DNA from: Eledone cirrhosa
Taxonomy: Eukaryota
Direction: 5' to 3'
Assembly (NCBI GenBank): GCA_964016885.1
Contig: OZ024740.1
Span: 142,848,001 to 142,912,000, forward strand
DNA length: 64,000 bases
The notes under the pieces were generated by a model that made no database searches, had not been told where the DNA came from, and saw only the letters and a list, made by a program, of their open reading frames with translations. The translations under genes and the position numbers were made by a program. Each line of letters opens with the position of its first letter. Within the stretch, counting starts at the first letter, position 1. Positions 12,787 through 27,004 of this stretch are shown here, in pieces.

Positions 12787-13645
12787 TATATATATATATA
12801 TATGCACACATATATATATACACACACATATATATACACATATATATATACACACATATATATATATATACACATATATATATACACACATATATATATA
12901 TATATAATGTTATACTTAGGAAAATTAACAGAGAGGAGAATATATATATATATATTGTGTGTATAGGTGTATATATGTATATGTATAAATGTGTATGTGT
13001 GTGTATATATCAAACCTGTCAACTTTCCCCGTCCGACGGGGAGATCTCCCACCCACTTTGGGATTTGTGAGAGATGTCTTCTTTTCCGAAAATAGGTATA
13101 GCTTTCATTATATAAAATCTCCCCATTTTGCTTCATTTCTCCCTGTTTGGGGTACTCTTTTCCACGGTACTCCCCGTAGGTCTCATATGTATATATATAT
13201 GTCCTGGGCGCCCTCTATTTTGATTATCTACTGTAATGTTTTAGTAATGCGGGCTTTTTTTAAAACTATATATATATATATATATAATGATAGTAATAAT
13301 AAGTTAACGGGATTAGCATAAGGTTTCCCTGTTAGTACCGGTTGCATTTCAGCGTACTCAATAGGTAAGGTTATGTAAAAATCCAAGAGTAGACACAAAG
13401 TTATTTGCCTTAATACAACACTCGTAAATGGGTAACATGACTGACCGAGGTGAAAGCAGCTAGTTGGTCAGTCGTCCTCTCTGTCTCTGATTTCGGACCC
13501 ATGAATTTTATATATTCCTTTGTTATATTTCGAATACCTGATTATATCACCGGATTCATACGGAACCCGGTCATTGAATTGATCATAGTATAATAAACTT
13601 TTCAAGGATTTACACCAGTCCAGCCTCCTGTTATTTTATTTATAA

Positions 13646-13681
<36 letters not shown>

Positions 13682-13739
13682 GAGCTACTGACCTCTCGGT
13701 TGGGCTGGGCGCTGCATCTTGCTTACATCGGTTCCCACA

Positions 13740-14690
13740 CCCTACAGAGTTTGGCAAACTTTCTATGGTTGGATCCTCTTCCTATCACTGTCCATTTTAC
13801 AGAGTGTACTGGGTGCACTTTATCGTGTCGTTAGCACAAGAGAGGTTGTTTTGCGTTTAACACTGAAGAATCCCCGTACCTGACGTGGTTTCTACAGCTA
13901 GATGTCCTTCCTAACACCAACCACCTTACATGCATTTTTCGGGGTACCGGCACTTGAGAGATTTTATCGTGACTCTCAACCCTTTTGGCATTATTTCTAC
14001 GGGTGGTAGACCTTCCAATGAGTAAGTCATAATATATAACGTCAAGGGTGTATACGTGGTGGAATTTGACATGGTGGTGTGAGGATGGGGATAGGTGATA
14101 TTGGATAGTGTAAGAGTTTCTGTGATGATGCAAATAGCTATTAAGGAGTTATGACAAGTGTGTTAAGATTTAAAATGAGGTAGAGGTGATTCTTGGTTGA
14201 GAGGGAAGGAAGGGGTAGTGTGATCTTGAATAGAGTTGGGGCAGGGGGAAGTGATGGTTGGAATAATTGCTAGGAAATGTTGGTGGAAAGGGGATGAATA
14301 GATCAGGTCACATTTTACGTTGCTAAGCAAGTCCTCTCCAGTACCACATATTGCTAACCACTACGGCCCTTTGTCAGTTCTATCTTGAGATTCAGCTTCC
14401 TATGGTCAGTCTTCACTACTTCATCCCATATCTTCTTAGGTCTACCTATTCTATAAGTCCTATCCACTGAGATTTCTCCGCACTTCTTTATACAGCTGTT
14501 ATCTTCCATATAAATTTCATGTCTATACTAGTGCAGTCTTCTCTTTTGCACACTACATTGGCTTTTTCTTATCTAGAGTTTTACTCTCAGCTTGTTTATG
14601 CTACATGCACTCTAATATTACACATCCACTGGAGCATATATGCTTCATTTCTTTCTAGACTTCACAGGTATTCTGCAGTCAAGGCCCAAG
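13740..14690 (-). mobile_element. Diverged RTE LINE 3' fragment (ORF tail and 3' UTR)
   Basis: Minus strand shows RLERNEAYMLQWMCN, RPKKIWDEVVKTD, and tail motifs GTTGGTGTTAGGAAGGACATC. Confidence 0.65.
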
Positions 14691-15184
14691 AGAGAAGGAG
14701 GTGGGTGGAGGTGGACATAGTTTGGCAATCTATTTTACCATACCAGGCTAGTAGTTAATCACAGCTGGTGGTGACCCAGTAAATAATCATATTGATGTTA
14801 TTGTTTTGTTGGTGGTGTTTGACAACCAACAGAGCAGCTCATTATAGTTTTCTGTTTAATTGTGTTGTTATTCCCTAACTTCCACTCTACATACATGCAC
14901 GCACATTCCAATCATACACAAACACATGGGACCAATAACAGTGGGGGTGGGCAGGTACTCAAATTCTAGTTCTTTTATTCTGTTCTGTAACTACATTATG
15001 TATACTTTACATACATGTATATACCTGTCATTCATTCATAAATCATATGCATTTAGCACTGATTACTAAAATATTTAATGAACAGTTTGAAATGGAGCCT
15101 ACATTTCACATCTGGCCTGGGCCTATTACCAGCTGAACAAACTTGCAAACTCATAATCATATATATTTGAGTGCACACATGCAT

Positions 15185-15227
<43 letters not shown>

Positions 15228-15939
15228 CACAAAAGCACATATTCACAGAAACACCCATACACATAATCACATATATATACTCACGCATGAAAGATAATGA
15301 CTTGCTTATGGTTGTCCATTGAATTTGATGATGGTCAGTCCATCCTCTCCTGTATTTATGGATCCTTCTGAATACCCTAATCAGTTACAAACAAAACATG
15401 ATTTAGCCTTTTGAGATTATCTTTTTCTATCTCTTATATCTTCATTGGTCTTTCCTTATCAAAGGTTCCTTCTACATGGATCTCTTAGCACTTTTAACCA
15501 AGTGTCATCCTCTATATGCATCACAGCCTTCCATGTTGCACACTCATCTACTTTCTCTTACACCCAGCTTTTCTCTCAGTGCATTTGTACTCAATTATTC
15601 ATGAATACTAACCTTACCAGCAGATGTAAAAGCTCTCTGAACTTTTTCTACCCATTCTTACAATGGCTGCTAAACTTGTGAAACACCCTCCTCCACAGCT
15701 AATTAGGCCACTCAGATAACAGAAGCTATCAACTACTTCTAGGAAGATCTCTTATCTGAGCATTGGAAAGAAGATATTATTCGGCCATGATAGCTGAAAC
15801 TAACTAAAGAACTGTCTACTTCTATGTGTGTGTATGTTGTTGTTTAGCCCTAAGTGACCCGAAGAACATGGCTTCATGTTGTAATGCTTTCACATATGTT
15901 GTTTGATAAGGTAGGGGTATATAGTTGTATGAAGTCTTT

Positions 15940-16290
15940 TTATATAGAATGGTATGTATCATAGTATTGTATATAGTATATAATATTGTATGACATGGCA
16001 TAATATACTATATATTTTGTTATTGTATGGTATATAGTATGGTATGTCATACAATATGGTATGTCATACAGTATGGTATGTTATATAATATACTATGGCA
16101 TGATATGTAGTATCATATGGTATACAATATGATATAGAAAAGTACATGGTGTGGCATATACTAGGGTATATGGCATATCATGTGATATGATATGTTGTAT
16201 GGTATATAGTATGGTATATAACATGTCATAGTATGTGATGATATCTTAATATATAGTAGGGCATGCTACAGTTGGTATGGTATATGAAGA
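15940..16290. repeat. Degenerate pentameric (TATGG/TATAG-like) low-complexity repeat
   Basis: Recurrent ATGGT/ATAGT/ATGAT units. Confidence 0.6.
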
Positions 16291-16440
16291 TGATAATGTT
16301 GGGCCATCAATACTAATTGTTCAATAAAGTCAATTCCCTGACTATTGATATCCACTCATCTCAGACTGTTTAATATAACCAAGTAGATGTGAATAGAGCA
16401 CAGCATTAAGTATATTTAATCAATTAAGCTAGTTGTATAT

Positions 16441-16885
16441 GATGGTTGCCCCCTCGTTATCGAGTATGGCCATTGCACGATATACCATTATTAATAATTA
16501 TTAATTAATTCTATCATGCAATGCCGGTGTGTGAAGATATTTTTTAAAGTGAAGAAAGACAGTGCACTGAGCCAATCCCACTCTCTGAGCGACAGTAGCT
16601 ATAACCTGAAAAGAAGAAAAGATCAACATCATCGGTAACTACTGAGCCGCAGGTTTTATATCGGAGTTATCCCAGTTTCCTGAGTTGCCTTCTTCTAGAA
16701 GAATGCCCTGACAAAGGCTAGGGTCCTTCACTCCCAGTGGTTTAACCGCGCGATCGGGTCTCCAGCCCGACTATTTCTATGTCCCCGCGCATATACTTAC
16801 ACATGCACCCATGTATATACACATATACATATGTTCATGTGCATATACATATTTACACACTTTTGGATGGCCGTTGACCCTTAAA
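16441..16885 (-). mobile_element. Diverged copy of the non-autonomous RTE-derived element (see 46927)
   Basis: Shares GG.TGCC..CTCGTT.TCGAGTA.GGCCA, CCTAGCCTTTGTCAGGGCA..TTCTAGAAGAAGG and TTTTGGATGGCC.TTGAC.CTTAA with 46927-47534. Confidence 0.6.
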
Positions 16886-17510
16886 ATAATAATAATGAAA
16901 TTATTGTGTAAAGTGCTCAGGTGCACCACAACTCGTCAATATAGTACATAGAATAATACACAAATGTCAGGGAAGTACATGTTTGTATGTGTTAGCTGTA
17001 GTGTTGGCGGATCTCGGGAAGCATGGAAGCCTTAAAGGATGCAGTGTCTCGACAGCTAACAACTAATGCAGGTAGTTTGTTCCATGCTTCAGCAACTCTG
17101 AGCGTGAAAAAATGTTTCCGAAAGTCATGGGAACTGTGCTGTTTTCTTACTTTGTGGGCATGTCCACGTGTGTTAGACACATGGAAATCAAAAAGGCACT
17201 CAGGGTTGTTGTTGGCAACATGGTTAACAATTTTGTGGGTGTTTACCAAGTCAGTTGCCAGGCGTCGGAGCTTCAATGAATCCATGCCCAGGGAAGCAAG
17301 GCGCTCAGAGTATGGTAGATGCCTGATGGAGGGTATTCGCTTGGTTGCACGTCTCTGAACAGTTTCCAGGCGGTCAATGTCCTGAGCAAGATAGGGGTTC
17401 CAGACTGGTGATGCAAATTCTAAGTGTGGTCGCACCATAGCTGTATACAGCCTTAAATAGATATCTGGAGAGCGGCTGACAAAGGTCTTGCTGAGTGATG
17501 CTCTGCCCTT
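16885..17510 (-). mobile_element. CR1-clade LINE 3' fragment (RT C-terminus)
   Basis: LYTAMVRPHLEFASPVWNPY..LETVQRRATK..TRGH..RKHFFTLRVAEAWNKLP; (ATT)n tail. Confidence 0.9.
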
Positions 17511-17572
17511 TGTCAGGTATGTTACATACATACACATATATGTGTATGTGTCTCCCCCTCTTCTCACTCTCC

Positions 17573-17617
<45 letters not shown>

Positions 17618-18265
17618 AGTGTAACTTGGAGTTACTGCAGGTTCACCTGGGTGAGCACTCGATGTTTAGATTCACTTCTGTGATGAGGTGTAGAGCTATA
17701 CAGAGTGTAATATATTGAAAGGATAACAAGGACGATTGGTTACTCCTTCATTACATTTATTGGTAGGTGACGCGCATTTCGCCACTTATCAGCTCAAGGT
17801 TCGATCTGTATCGATCTTACCTTGTGGTGAAATAACTATATATATATATATATATAGTTATTTCACCACAAGACTTAAGTCTAATCGGTTCATTGTAACT
17901 TATTCTATTTTTTCCTCGGTTACTCACTTGTATGTTCCATTGTCCTGTGTCCCCCCTTCCATTCGGTATGTTTACTTCGTTTTTTTCCTCTTTCCTTTTT
18001 CCTTTTTCTTCCTCTCTCTTCACTATTTTTTCTTTTCTTTCTCTCATGGCCTTTTGATCGATAAAAGGCCTTAGGCGAGCTGCTGATCGATTTCGATGCC
18101 CTGTTTTAAGCGCCGAAACATCCATGATCTGCAGTTAACAGCTGATGAAGGGGTTCTCTTGTTTCGCCCATATTATCATCTTACACTTTGTTTACAGTAA
18201 CCACACAGCCCGCTTCGTTTCTTATATATACATAATGCAAGGACCCCTCTTTATTTCAGATATGG

Positions 18266-21200
18266 ATGACTAACATAATTCCCTCTCCCACACCCCTCCC
18301 TGCCCCTCCAACTCATCCATTCCACCCACCCAACTTCAGAGTTGGTACCACAAACGTGGGCACATTGAAAAGTCGCTCAAATGAAGTTTTAGAAATGCTT
18401 GAACGTAAGGAGGTCGATGTTTGCTGTATTCAAGAGACTAGGTGGAGAGGTGGGTCTGCTAGATTCATTGTGGGTAAAAAACGATGCTACAAACTTTTCT
18501 GGGTGGGAAATGACAACGGACTGGGTGGAGTAGGAATTATGTTAGCTGAAAAATGGGTAGATAAGGTAATTGACGTAAATAGAGTGAACGACAGAATAAT
18601 TAAAATAAGACTAGTCCTAAATAGAAGTACTGTGACAATAATAGCCGCTTATGCATCCCAATCTGGTCTACCTGACGTTATAAAGGACAGATTCTATGAG
18701 TCGCTAATGCACACTACCTCTCAAATAACCGACAGCGACTACTTAATTATTGCTGGTGACCTAAATGGTCACATGGGACAACATAGTGATGGCTATGATG
18801 GAATCCATGGAGTCTATGGGTTTGGTAATAGAAATGAGGAAGGCTTTAGATTCCTGGAATTCTGTGACGCTAATAACCTAACTATCTGTAACACAAATAA
18901 ATAAAGAAATATATATGTAACACAAACTTCAAAAAATGACACAATCACTTGATTACCTATAGATCAAGGCAACACACCAGCCAGATAGATTATATCCTTA
19001 CTAGAAGACGTGACAAAGTGTCTGTTGTAAAGACTAAATCCCTCCCCCGTAAGAATGCACCTCCCAACATAGCCTAGTAGTTAGTGACCCCATAGTCAGG
19101 AATAGATGTACTCGACGACAGAAGAAGACTACCTTGAGGAGATGAATATGGAAGTTGAAGGACCCCACAGCCAGTGACAAATTTAAAAGCTTATTACTTG
19201 ATGCTTTTGACAGTAAGGAAGAGCAATTAGAGACGTACAATATAGAGGAACAGTGGGAATTCTTGAAAGTTAATCTGCTGAAGGTGACTGATAAAATCTG
19301 TGGCTGGAGCAGACCTATAGGCAGAAGGAGAGTAACTTGGTGGTGGAACAGTAAGGTGGAGGAGACAATCAAGGCCAAAAAGCAGGCTTGGAAAGTATGG
19401 CAGGATGGGGGAAGTAGAGAACACTATCAAGGGGCCAAGAGAGAAGCTAGGAGACAAGTGTAATTTGCAAGAAGGGAAGCAGAGGATAGAAAGTTCAAGC
19501 ATGTTCTACAACATGAGGGCCAAAAATGTGAGGTGTTCAGGATTGCAAGACAATGTGTCAAGGAAAACCGTGATATTGTCGGGGAGAAGTGTGTCCATAA
19601 TGATAATGGTGTACTTGCCCTCACTGATACTGATAAGAATGTAGCTTGGAAGTGTCACTACGAGAGACTACTAAATGAGGAGAAAAAGATAGTCTGCCCC
19701 AAACTGATCCAATAGAAGGACCAGCGGTGCAAGTTAAAGGTAGTATAATAAGTAAGGCAATCAAAGATATGAAGACAGGCAAGGCAACTGGGCCTTCGGA
19801 GATAGTTGCTGAGATGTTGAAAGCATCTGGAATGGTGGGACATAGTATGGTCACCCGGATAGTAAACCAAGTAATACAGAATGGAGTCATACCAAAAAAC
19901 TGGCGTAGCAGCATCATTATTAACTGCTACAAGGGTAAAGCGGATGCTCTAGATAGGGGTAACTATAGAGGCATTAAGTTAGTTGACCAGGTCATGAAGG
20001 TCACAGAAAGAGTTATAGCACAACTAATCAGAGAGTGAATTGATCTAGATGAAATGCAGTTTGGGTTTGTGTCAGGTAAAAGTACCACAGACGCTCTTTT
20101 CCTTGTACGACAACTACAGGAGAAGTACCTAGCTAAAAGTAAACCCCTATACTTATCTTTTGTAGACTGGGGAAAGCCTTTGACAGAGTCCCCCAACTCC
20201 ATTATCTGGTGGGCTCTTAGAAAACTAGGTGTAGATGAATGGCTTGTGAGAGCCATACAAGCTATGTATAAAGAAACAGTCAGTAAGGTTAGAATTAACA
20301 ATGAATATAGTGTAAAAGTTGGTGTTCATCAAGGCTCTGTCCTTAGCCCCCTCCTATTTATTATTGCCCTTCAGGCTATAACAGAGGAGTTTAAGACCGG
20401 CTGTCCAAGGGAACTTCTATATGCAAACGATCTAACTCTCATAGCTGAATCTATGGCTGAAGTTCTAGTATGTAGAAAGGAAAATAGGGCACAGGTGCCC
20501 TCTGGGAACTGGCCATGCTCAGTGTGTAGGAAAGGAGTAGGCAGAAATTCCATTTTATGTCCCAAATGCAAACTATGGGTACATAGAAGATGTAGTGGGA
20601 TCACAGGTAAGCTATCTAAGAAAGTAGATTTTATATGTGGCCGATGCTCAGGTGCAATAAGTAGCAAGTGCCCACAGGATACTAGCTCCTTCTATTGCCC
20701 AGATGGTTCTATAGAAATAGTGGACACTTTCCGTTACCTGGGTGATAAAATCAGCAGTGGTGGAGGGTGCTCTGAAAGTACAGTAGCCAGAGTCAGAAGG
20801 GGATGGAAAAAGTTCAGAGAGCTTATACTGCTGTTGGCCACAAAAGGTTTCTCTCTAAAAATGAAAGGCAGATTGTATAATGCCTGTATACGAACAGCAA
20901 TGCTACATGGCAGTGAGACATGGGCATTGTGTGCAGAAGACCTGCACAGACTGGAAAGGAACGAAGAATGCATGCTCCATTGGATGTGTAATAGTAATAT
21001 ACGTGAACAGCAAAACATAAATGAACTAAGTGAGAAATTAGGAATAAGAGCGATCAGATGCTGTTTACTTAAGAGAAGACTACGTTGGTATGGTCACGTG
21101 ATACGAATAAAAGACGACATCTGTATAAAAGAGTGCAGGGCAATCAAAATTGATGGAAGTTACAGGGTAGGTAGACCCAGAAAAACCTGGGACGATTTGA

Positions 21201-21620
21201 TAAATTCCGACCTTACACACTTGCACCTCTCCAAGATATTGTCACTGGACCGAGATCTTTGGCGCCACGCAGTAATACAGAAGACCCGCCTTGCCTATGT
21301 ACAAAGCAAAACCTACAGTCAGTAGGCACCTCTTAACCAAAGATACACCCCAATCCACTACCCCTACCCCATCCTCCCACTTCCACCAACACCACCCCTT
21401 CTCTGTAAAGTTGGTACCACAACATCCAGTCCAAATTAATGAGATAATGAGATCTAGATCGAGATTGTGTAGGTGCCACGACAAAAAAAACATACAGTCC
21501 ACGCTGTAATGTGGCCGTGTAGGTAACACGGTAAAAAGTTCCCAGTCCACACTGTAACTGTGGTTGGTGTTAGGAAGGGCATCCAGCCATAGAAAACCCG
21601 CCAGACAGTCCCATACGATG
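18266..21620 (+). mobile_element. PHD-RTE LINE, near full-length, degenerate
   Basis: APE domain (GTTNV, IQETRW, GDLNGH), RT (QFGF, HQGS, YAND), PHD finger and 3' UTR. Many stops and frameshifts. Confidence 0.92.
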
Positions 21621-21949
21621 ATTTAACAGAAAATACTTTAAAATAGGTTGGTTAATGTTTATAGTTTATAATATCTATACTAGTGAGCAGATCATTGGGG
21701 AAATTGGCAATTAGAGTAAAAGGCTTTTAATGTGTGGCAGTTATAGTGCTGCTTTGTACTTTACAAGAATTGTCTTATAAATGCAGTTGTGTTACAGGAT
21801 GTTAGAGTTAACATTGCTGGTAGCCTGTGTGTTGTTTTTTTTTCTCATTTGTCAAATGGTTGGTTGGTTCCTTTGTCAATCTAATAAATATAACATTACC
21901 TTCCCCACCTCACCCTGCCAATCACTTATTTAGTGTTTGCATATATAAA

Positions 21950-24062
21950 CCTGTGGCTGGAGCAGAAATATAGGCAGGAGGAGAGTAACTTGGTGGTGGA
22001 ACAGTAAGGTGGAGGGGTCAATCAAGGCCAAAAAGCAGGCTTGGAAAGCATGGCGGGATGGGGGAAGTAGAGAAGACTATCAAGTGGCCAGGAGGGAAGC
22101 TAGGAGACAAGTGTAATTTGCAAGAAGAGAAGCAGAGGAAAGAAAGTTCAAGCATGTTCTACAATGCGAGGACCAAAAACGTGAGGTGTTCAGGATTGCT
22201 AGGCAATGTGTCAAGGAAAACTGTGATATTGTCGGGGAGAAGTGTGTCCTTAATGATGATGGTGTACTTGCCATCACTGACGCTGATAAGAAGATAGCTT
22301 GGAAGTGTCACTACGAAAGGCTACTAAATGAGGAGAATAATTGGGAGAAAGACAGTCTCCCCCACATCGATCCAATAGAGGGACCAGCAGTGCAAGTTGA
22401 AGGTAGTATAATAAGTAAGGCGATCAAAGACATGAAGACGGGCAAGGCGGCTGGGCCTTCGGAAATAGTTGCCGAAATGCTGAAAGCATCTGGAATGGTG
22501 GGACACACTATGGTCACCCGGATAGTAAACCAAGTCATACAGAATGGGGTCGTTCCGAAGGACTGGCACAGCAGCATCATCATTAACTGCTACAAGGGTA
22601 AAGGAGATGCCCTAGATAGGGGAAACTATAGAGGCATTAAATTAATTGACCAGGTCATGAAGGTCACAGAAAAAGTAATAGCGCAACTAATCAAAGAGCG
22701 AATTGATCTAAATGAAATGCAATTCGGGTGTGTGTCAGGTAAAAGTACCACAGACGCACTTTTCATTGTACGACAACTACAGGAGAAGTACCTAGCTAAA
22801 AGTAAACCCCTATACTTAGCTTTTGTTGACTTGGAGAAAGCCTTTGACAGAGTACCCCGCTCGATTATCTGGTGGGCCCTTAGAAAACTAGGTGTTGATG
22901 AATGGCTTGTGAGAGCTATACAAGCCATGTATAAAGAAACAGTCAGCAAGGTTAGAATTAACAACGAATATAGTGAAGAGTTTAGCGTAAAAGTTGGTGT
23001 TTATCAGGGCTCTGTCCTTAGCCCCCTACTATTTATTATTGCCCTTCAGGCTATAACAGAGGAGTTCAAGACCGGCTGCCCATGGGAACTCCTATACGCA
23101 GATGATCTAACGCTCATAGCTGAATCAATGGCTGAACTAGAGAAGAAATTCCAAACATGGAAGCATGGCCTAGAATCAAAAGGCCTTAAAATTAACCTGT
23201 CTAAGACTAAAGTTCTAGTTTGTAGGAAGGAAAATAGGGCACTGGTCCCATCTGGGAAATGGCCATGCTCAGTGTGTAGGAAAGGAGTAGGCAGAAACTC
23301 CATTTTATGTCCCAAATGCAAAGTATGGCTGCATAAAAGATGTAGTGGGATCACACGTAAGCTAACTAAGAATATAGATTTTATATGTGGCCGGTGCTCA
23401 GGTGCAATAAGTAGCAGCAAGTGCCCACAGAATACTAGCTCATTCCATTGCACAGATGGTTCTATAGAAATAGTGGACACCTTCCGTTACCTGGGTGACA
23501 AAATCAGCAGTGGTGGAGCGTGCTCTGAAAGTACAGTAGCTAGAGTCAGAACGGGGTGGAAGAAGTTCAGAGAGCTTATACCACTATTGGCCTCTAAAGG
23601 GTTCTCTCTAAAAATGAAAGGCAGGCTGTAGTATGCCTGCATACGAACAGCAATGTTACATGGCAGTGAGACTTGGGCATTGTGTGCAGAAGATATATGC
23701 AGACTGGAGAGGAACGAAGCTTGCATGCTCCGTTGGATGTGTAATAGTAATATACATGAACGGCAAAGCATAAATTAGGAATAAGAGGAATCAGATGTTG
23801 TTTACTTGAGAGAAGACTACGTTGGTATGGTCACGTGATGCGCATGAAAGACGACAGCTGTATAAAAAAGTGCAGGGCGATAAAAATAGACGGTAGCCAC
23901 GGAGTAGGCAGACCCAGAAAAACCTGGGACAACTTGATAAATTCCGACCTCACACACTTACACCTCTCCAAGACAATATCTTTGGTGCTACACAGTAATA
24001 CAGAAGACCTGCCTTGCCTAAGTACAAAGCAAAACCTACTACAGTCAGTAGGCACCTCTCAC
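21950..24062 (+). mobile_element. PHD-RTE LINE, truncated at both ends
   Basis: 481-aa RT ORF (YQGS, LYADD, PHD, FRYLG) closely similar to 55457-57271. Confidence 0.92.
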
Positions 24063-24418
24063 AAAAATCCTTATGTAGAGAACAAAACGTTGAATAATGC
24101 TGCTAATTTTAGTGGCAATATCAACATGTTTATAATAAACAGCTATTATCTGCGACCTGATTTTGCGTGTGTGTCATTTTAACGGCTTGACCGCATACGT
24201 TGGGCAGGAAGCGAAATATTTACTTACTGTAAGGCTAGCAACCTTATAGTGTGGAAATAAGCTGTCTGAAGATTCATTTCTTTCCATTGGAAATTCTTTG
24301 GATTTCCAATCTTTTGGAATGATGAAACCGTCGGTAACAGCAATAGAACAGGTGATTATTAAAATCGTTTTTTAATTTATTTAGAGAATTGTTTGATAAC
24401 CGCTTGCTCCGCTATTTT

Positions 24419-24461
<43 letters not shown>

Positions 24462-24499
24462 TTAAGGTATCAAAACATATTTAATATGTATGGTGACCA

Positions 24500-25445
24500 T
24501 GTTTCTCATTAATAGCTGCAGCAGAAATTGCTGAGCTGAACAATCTCCACTCTATTTCAACATTCTCATTTTGATCAGGGAGTTCTCTGAATTGGGATGC
24601 AATAGTATCTGCATACCTGGTCCTAACTTGCTTACCAACCAACGCTTCCCACTGTATCCTGTAAGTTGACCTGGACCTGCCAGTTTTGTGGGCTTCTTTG
24701 ACTTTCGGTAGTCTCAAGTTGTAGATAACTAGATGGTGATCAATTGACAGCTCAGCTCTTCTCTTAACATGAACATCCATCACAGAATCGAAGAGATCGG
24801 AGACAATAACAAAATGAAATATTGATCTCTGTTCCTAATTCCCCTTATACCATGTGTATTTATGGATGTCGCTGTGCTGGAAGGTGTACATAATAGAGCT
24901 GCTCTGCTAGGTGGCGAATAGTGATATGGCCACCAGATATGATGGTTAGTTGTAATATAAGTGGGCTCCTGCCAGACAAATAAGCAGCCCTGGACCAACA
25001 TTGTTAAACTGCTTGGGGAGATGGAGCAATCGGTGAAACCTGTAGCTCCCAAGAAAACTCTCACAACTCAGTGATGTAGTTACAATGAATCAAGTAAAGG
25101 CCACCTCTAACAAAGCCTAGTCTTTGCAGGTTTGAGAAAATACCAGATTGGTAACTGGCAAGAATAAGACCACCAAAACTGCAATATGGTTAGAGGTAAG
25201 AAAAAGAACAATACCGCATTGTCCTTTGCATGGGTAAACAAGGGAGACGTTTAGGCCTTAGGTAGAGGGGCCTGTTCGAAAGATATATTGGAGTCTTTAT
25301 TTCATGCTGTAAAAACTGGCAATGGGATTGCAACCTGTCCTGGGAGTTGTGGGATCGACACACAAAAAATGCATACCCTTAGACTTCAAATAGGGTTCAG
25401 AAGCGAGCAAACCTTGACAACTGGAACCTGGAACATTAAAAGAGT
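24500..25445. mobile_element. Back-to-back RTE fragments: APE C-terminus (minus) and 5' UTR/APE start (plus)
   Basis: Minus strand DVHVKRRAELSIDHHLV..RIQWEAL; plus strand ends LTTGTWNI. Confidence 0.55.
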
Positions 25446-25619
25446 ATCTTTTTTAAATATGCTTGACTAGTTTTAGTCAAGTAAACAAATGGGTATAAAA
25501 ACAAAATTCTTTGTGCTGAATTGTATGTGAGCTACAGTCTTAGTATTGGTACATCAACCATGATGACTGAGATTATAATGCAGATTTAGTTGAAATTAAT
25601 AATTAAATTAATAATAATA

Positions 25620-25830
25620 ATGGTTTCTGCTTTAGGCACAAGGCCAACAATTTTGGGGGAGGGGAAAGGCGAATAAATCAACTACAGTGTGTTACTGGTA
25701 CTTTATTTTATCGACCCCATACGGACGAAAGGCAAAGCTAACCTCGGTGGGATTTGAACTCAGAACGTAAAGGACTGTAACTCTATGCAACAAAGCATAG
25801 TTTCTGACACTCTACCGATACTGCCAAACC
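25620..25830 (-). mobile_element. tRNA-derived SINE with Nin/Deu-like core (other copies near 7315-7390 -, 38340-38480 +, 44650-44750 +)
   Basis: Minus strand: GAGTTCAAATCCCACCGAGGTTAGCTTTGCCTTTCG..GGGGTCGATAAAATAAAGTACCAGT (B-box plus conserved core). Confidence 0.7.
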
Positions 25831-25894
25831 ACCTATAATATTAATCATAATAACAATGGTAATAGTCAAGATGATAATGATAATAGTCATAATA

Positions 25895-26750
25895 ATGATT
25901 TCTTTATTAGCCACACAAGACTCACATGAAGAAAACAGAGTGTGGGGTTTAGTGTGTAAATAGGTAAACAATAGTATAAAGAAAAGTAACAATAAAAATT
26001 AAACAATGGGAATTCCTCAATAGGGAGGAGACATTTGAGAGCTGCTCTTGAAAAAAAACAAACCATAAGAGCTGAAATCACCCTGTCCGCTAGGGCAAAG
26101 TGTCCTCTCTCAGTTGTTCTGCAATCTACAGTTGTATACTCAAGGCAGACCCATTCACATGGACATGCTCGCCACTCTCACCCACCTTTCAACAAACTGG
26201 TTGGAAAGCAGCACTTCCTTCTCCACCCTGATTTTCCTCTTCAAGTGAAACATGATGAAGTTAATCAGGGCTTTGCCGAAGAGGAAAGTGCTTTCTTCAA
26301 CTCTTTTAAATGTGTCCACGACATGACCTCTTTCGCCATGGCTGCCTGGCCTTCCCCTCTAAAAGAAGACAGCAGAGCAATCTTCACAATGGACTCAGTT
26401 GATAGTCCGATCCATCCTATATGTGACAGCTGGTGTTCAAAATAAACTCACAGGTCAGCAGTACTCAGACACTCAATGAGTGCATGCAGGACAGTTTTGT
26501 CGCCCTTCGCTCATCTCGGACAGGCCTGGTTGATGGCACTTTTATGCTTGTAAAGTTCATCTCGAAATGACAAAGCTCCTCAGTAGCACTGCCAGGCCAA
26601 GGATTTCTGGAAGTTATCCATGGGCTCTGGACTGAAAGTCCTCTGGAAAAGTGTGACTAGTTGATTTTTATTAATGCCCAGAGTCTCCCCCAAGAACATT
26701 GTGGTTTTTCTGTGCCACTACCCCTCTGTAGAACACCAGGGCAGAGTTTC
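25895..26750 (-). mobile_element. L1/Tx1-clade LINE 3' fragment
   Basis: Minus strand MDNFQKSLAWQCY*GAL..ACPR*..DKTVLHALIECL, a degenerate zf-RVT CCHC knuckle, with AATAAA and a simple-repeat tail near 25900. Confidence 0.65.
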
Positions 26751-27004
26751 CACCGATTGCACTGCCTTGCAGTGCTATGAGCACTTGAAGACATTCCAAC
26801 AATAACCTTAAATATAGTTTTGAACCACTTGCTATCATGATAGTTATCACCCTACTAGCAAGGTATGACGACAAACTGAGTAAAATGTATATATCCCTAA
26901 AATTATGATTAATAATAGCCACCATCCTCATAATATTCTATTCACTTGGGAGTGATTACAGTGGAAGTATAAAAATAGATATATATAAGAGAGAAAATAG
27001 ATTT

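Noticed and set aside
17765-18165. Hammerhead-like boxes (minus GAAATGCGCGTC; plus GAAAC..CTGATGAAGG)
   Set aside because: Could not assemble all three stems with intact cores.
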